From the sequence record FJ373894: DNA of 64,000 nucleotides. The stretch is one strand, 5' to 3'. The notes below the pieces were generated by a model, which did no database searches, had not been told where the DNA came from, and was given only the letters and a program-made list of their open reading frames with translations. Both the position numbers and the translations under genes were made by a program. This DNA is from Shigella phage Ag3. This document shows positions 63,627 through 64,000 of the stretch, one piece after another; the first letter of the stretch is position 1; the number at the start of each line of letters is the position of its first letter.

Positions 63627-64000
63627 TTACCCTTGCGAACCAGCCATACATAAACCACGGTCAGGGACAGGCGCGTAGGTCAGGTCCATGACGTTCAGCT
63701 TCTGCTTCAGGCCGGACTGGCGGATGATCTTAGGAATCAGGGTCATCCCGCGTTCCAGCGCTTTCTTAGAGAAGTTGACAGCATAACCATCGATGGTCTT
63801 GCCCAGAGGGGTCGCCAGGAACTGCTTGGTCGCTTCGATCATGGAAGCAATGACGCGCATTGGGTTCTTGAAGCGAGCGATAGCATCAGGATAGACGGAG
63901 CCGCGCTTCTGGCCGATGAAGACCTGACGAACGTTCTTGCCCAGCCCCTGAGGGGTATAGAACTGAATGCGGTATTCCTTTTCATCTTCGTCGATGAAGG
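63627..64000 (-). CDS. hypothetical protein, 5' part outside window
   Basis: Open reading frame continues in-frame to the window end; C-terminal 124 codons visible; ends at TAA 63627. Confidence 0.4.
   Translation of the reverse strand, partial: FIDEDEKEYRIQFYTPQGLGKNVRQVFIGQKRGSVYPDAIARFKNPMRVIASMIEATKQFLATPLGKTIDGYAVNFSKKALERGMTLIPKIIRQSGLKQKLNVMDLTYAPVPDRGLCMAGSQG

Noticed and set aside
1-64000. CRISPR arrays, rRNA and tRNA genes
   Set aside because: No array of regularly spaced direct repeats was seen; intergenic regions are short and, where long enough (39533..39708, 47357..47717), lack tRNA T-loop-like GTTCGAATCC-type motifs. A dedicated tRNAscan/Infernal run would be needed to exclude small RNAs.

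Overview
The window reads as about 64 kb from the early/replication region and part of the structural region of a large virulent T4-type phage of an enterobacterial host. The gene set (TS-family pyrimidine hydroxymethylase plus P-loop kinase, PhoH, HNH homing endonucleases) points towards an Ackermannviridae/ViI-like lineage, but that is inference from motifs and synteny, not a database result. It begins with an rIIA-like GHKL ATPase gene and an rIIB-like gene, so it probably starts at the conventional genome origin. Confidently recognised genes: fused topoisomerase II large subunit and medium subunit, gp41 helicase, UvsX, gp32 SSB, gp61 primase, DNA ligase, NrdA/NrdB/NrdH-like, PhoH, dCMP deaminase, dNMP kinase, a TS-fold hydroxymethylase, an endolysin, gp5-like and gp25-like baseplate proteins and two paralogous HNH endonucleases. 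Many stop/start overlaps (ATGA, TAATG) indicate translational coupling, and several intrinsic terminators with UUCG or GNRA tetraloops are visible. No CRISPR array, rRNA or convincing tRNA was found. Observations that most deserve follow-up: (1) three small proteins with N-termini resembling the T4 capsid-targeting sequence, suggesting injected internal proteins; (2) three tandem, translationally coupled paralogous single-pass membrane peptides sharing a C-terminal basic motif; (3) two ADP-ribosyl-hydrolase-type genes (NADAR-like and macrodomain), candidate counter-defence against ADP-ribosylating systems; (4) a nucleotide-modification cluster implying a non-canonical thymidine; (5) a papain-like peptidase ORF between the two topoisomerase genes; (6) an 11-bp perfect inverted repeat overlapping the ligase ribosome-binding site; (7) a late-promoter-like TATAAATA driving a plus-strand gene inside the minus-strand early region. 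All functional calls rest on motifs read by eye and on T4 synteny recalled from memory; coordinates of regulatory elements are approximate to within a few bases.
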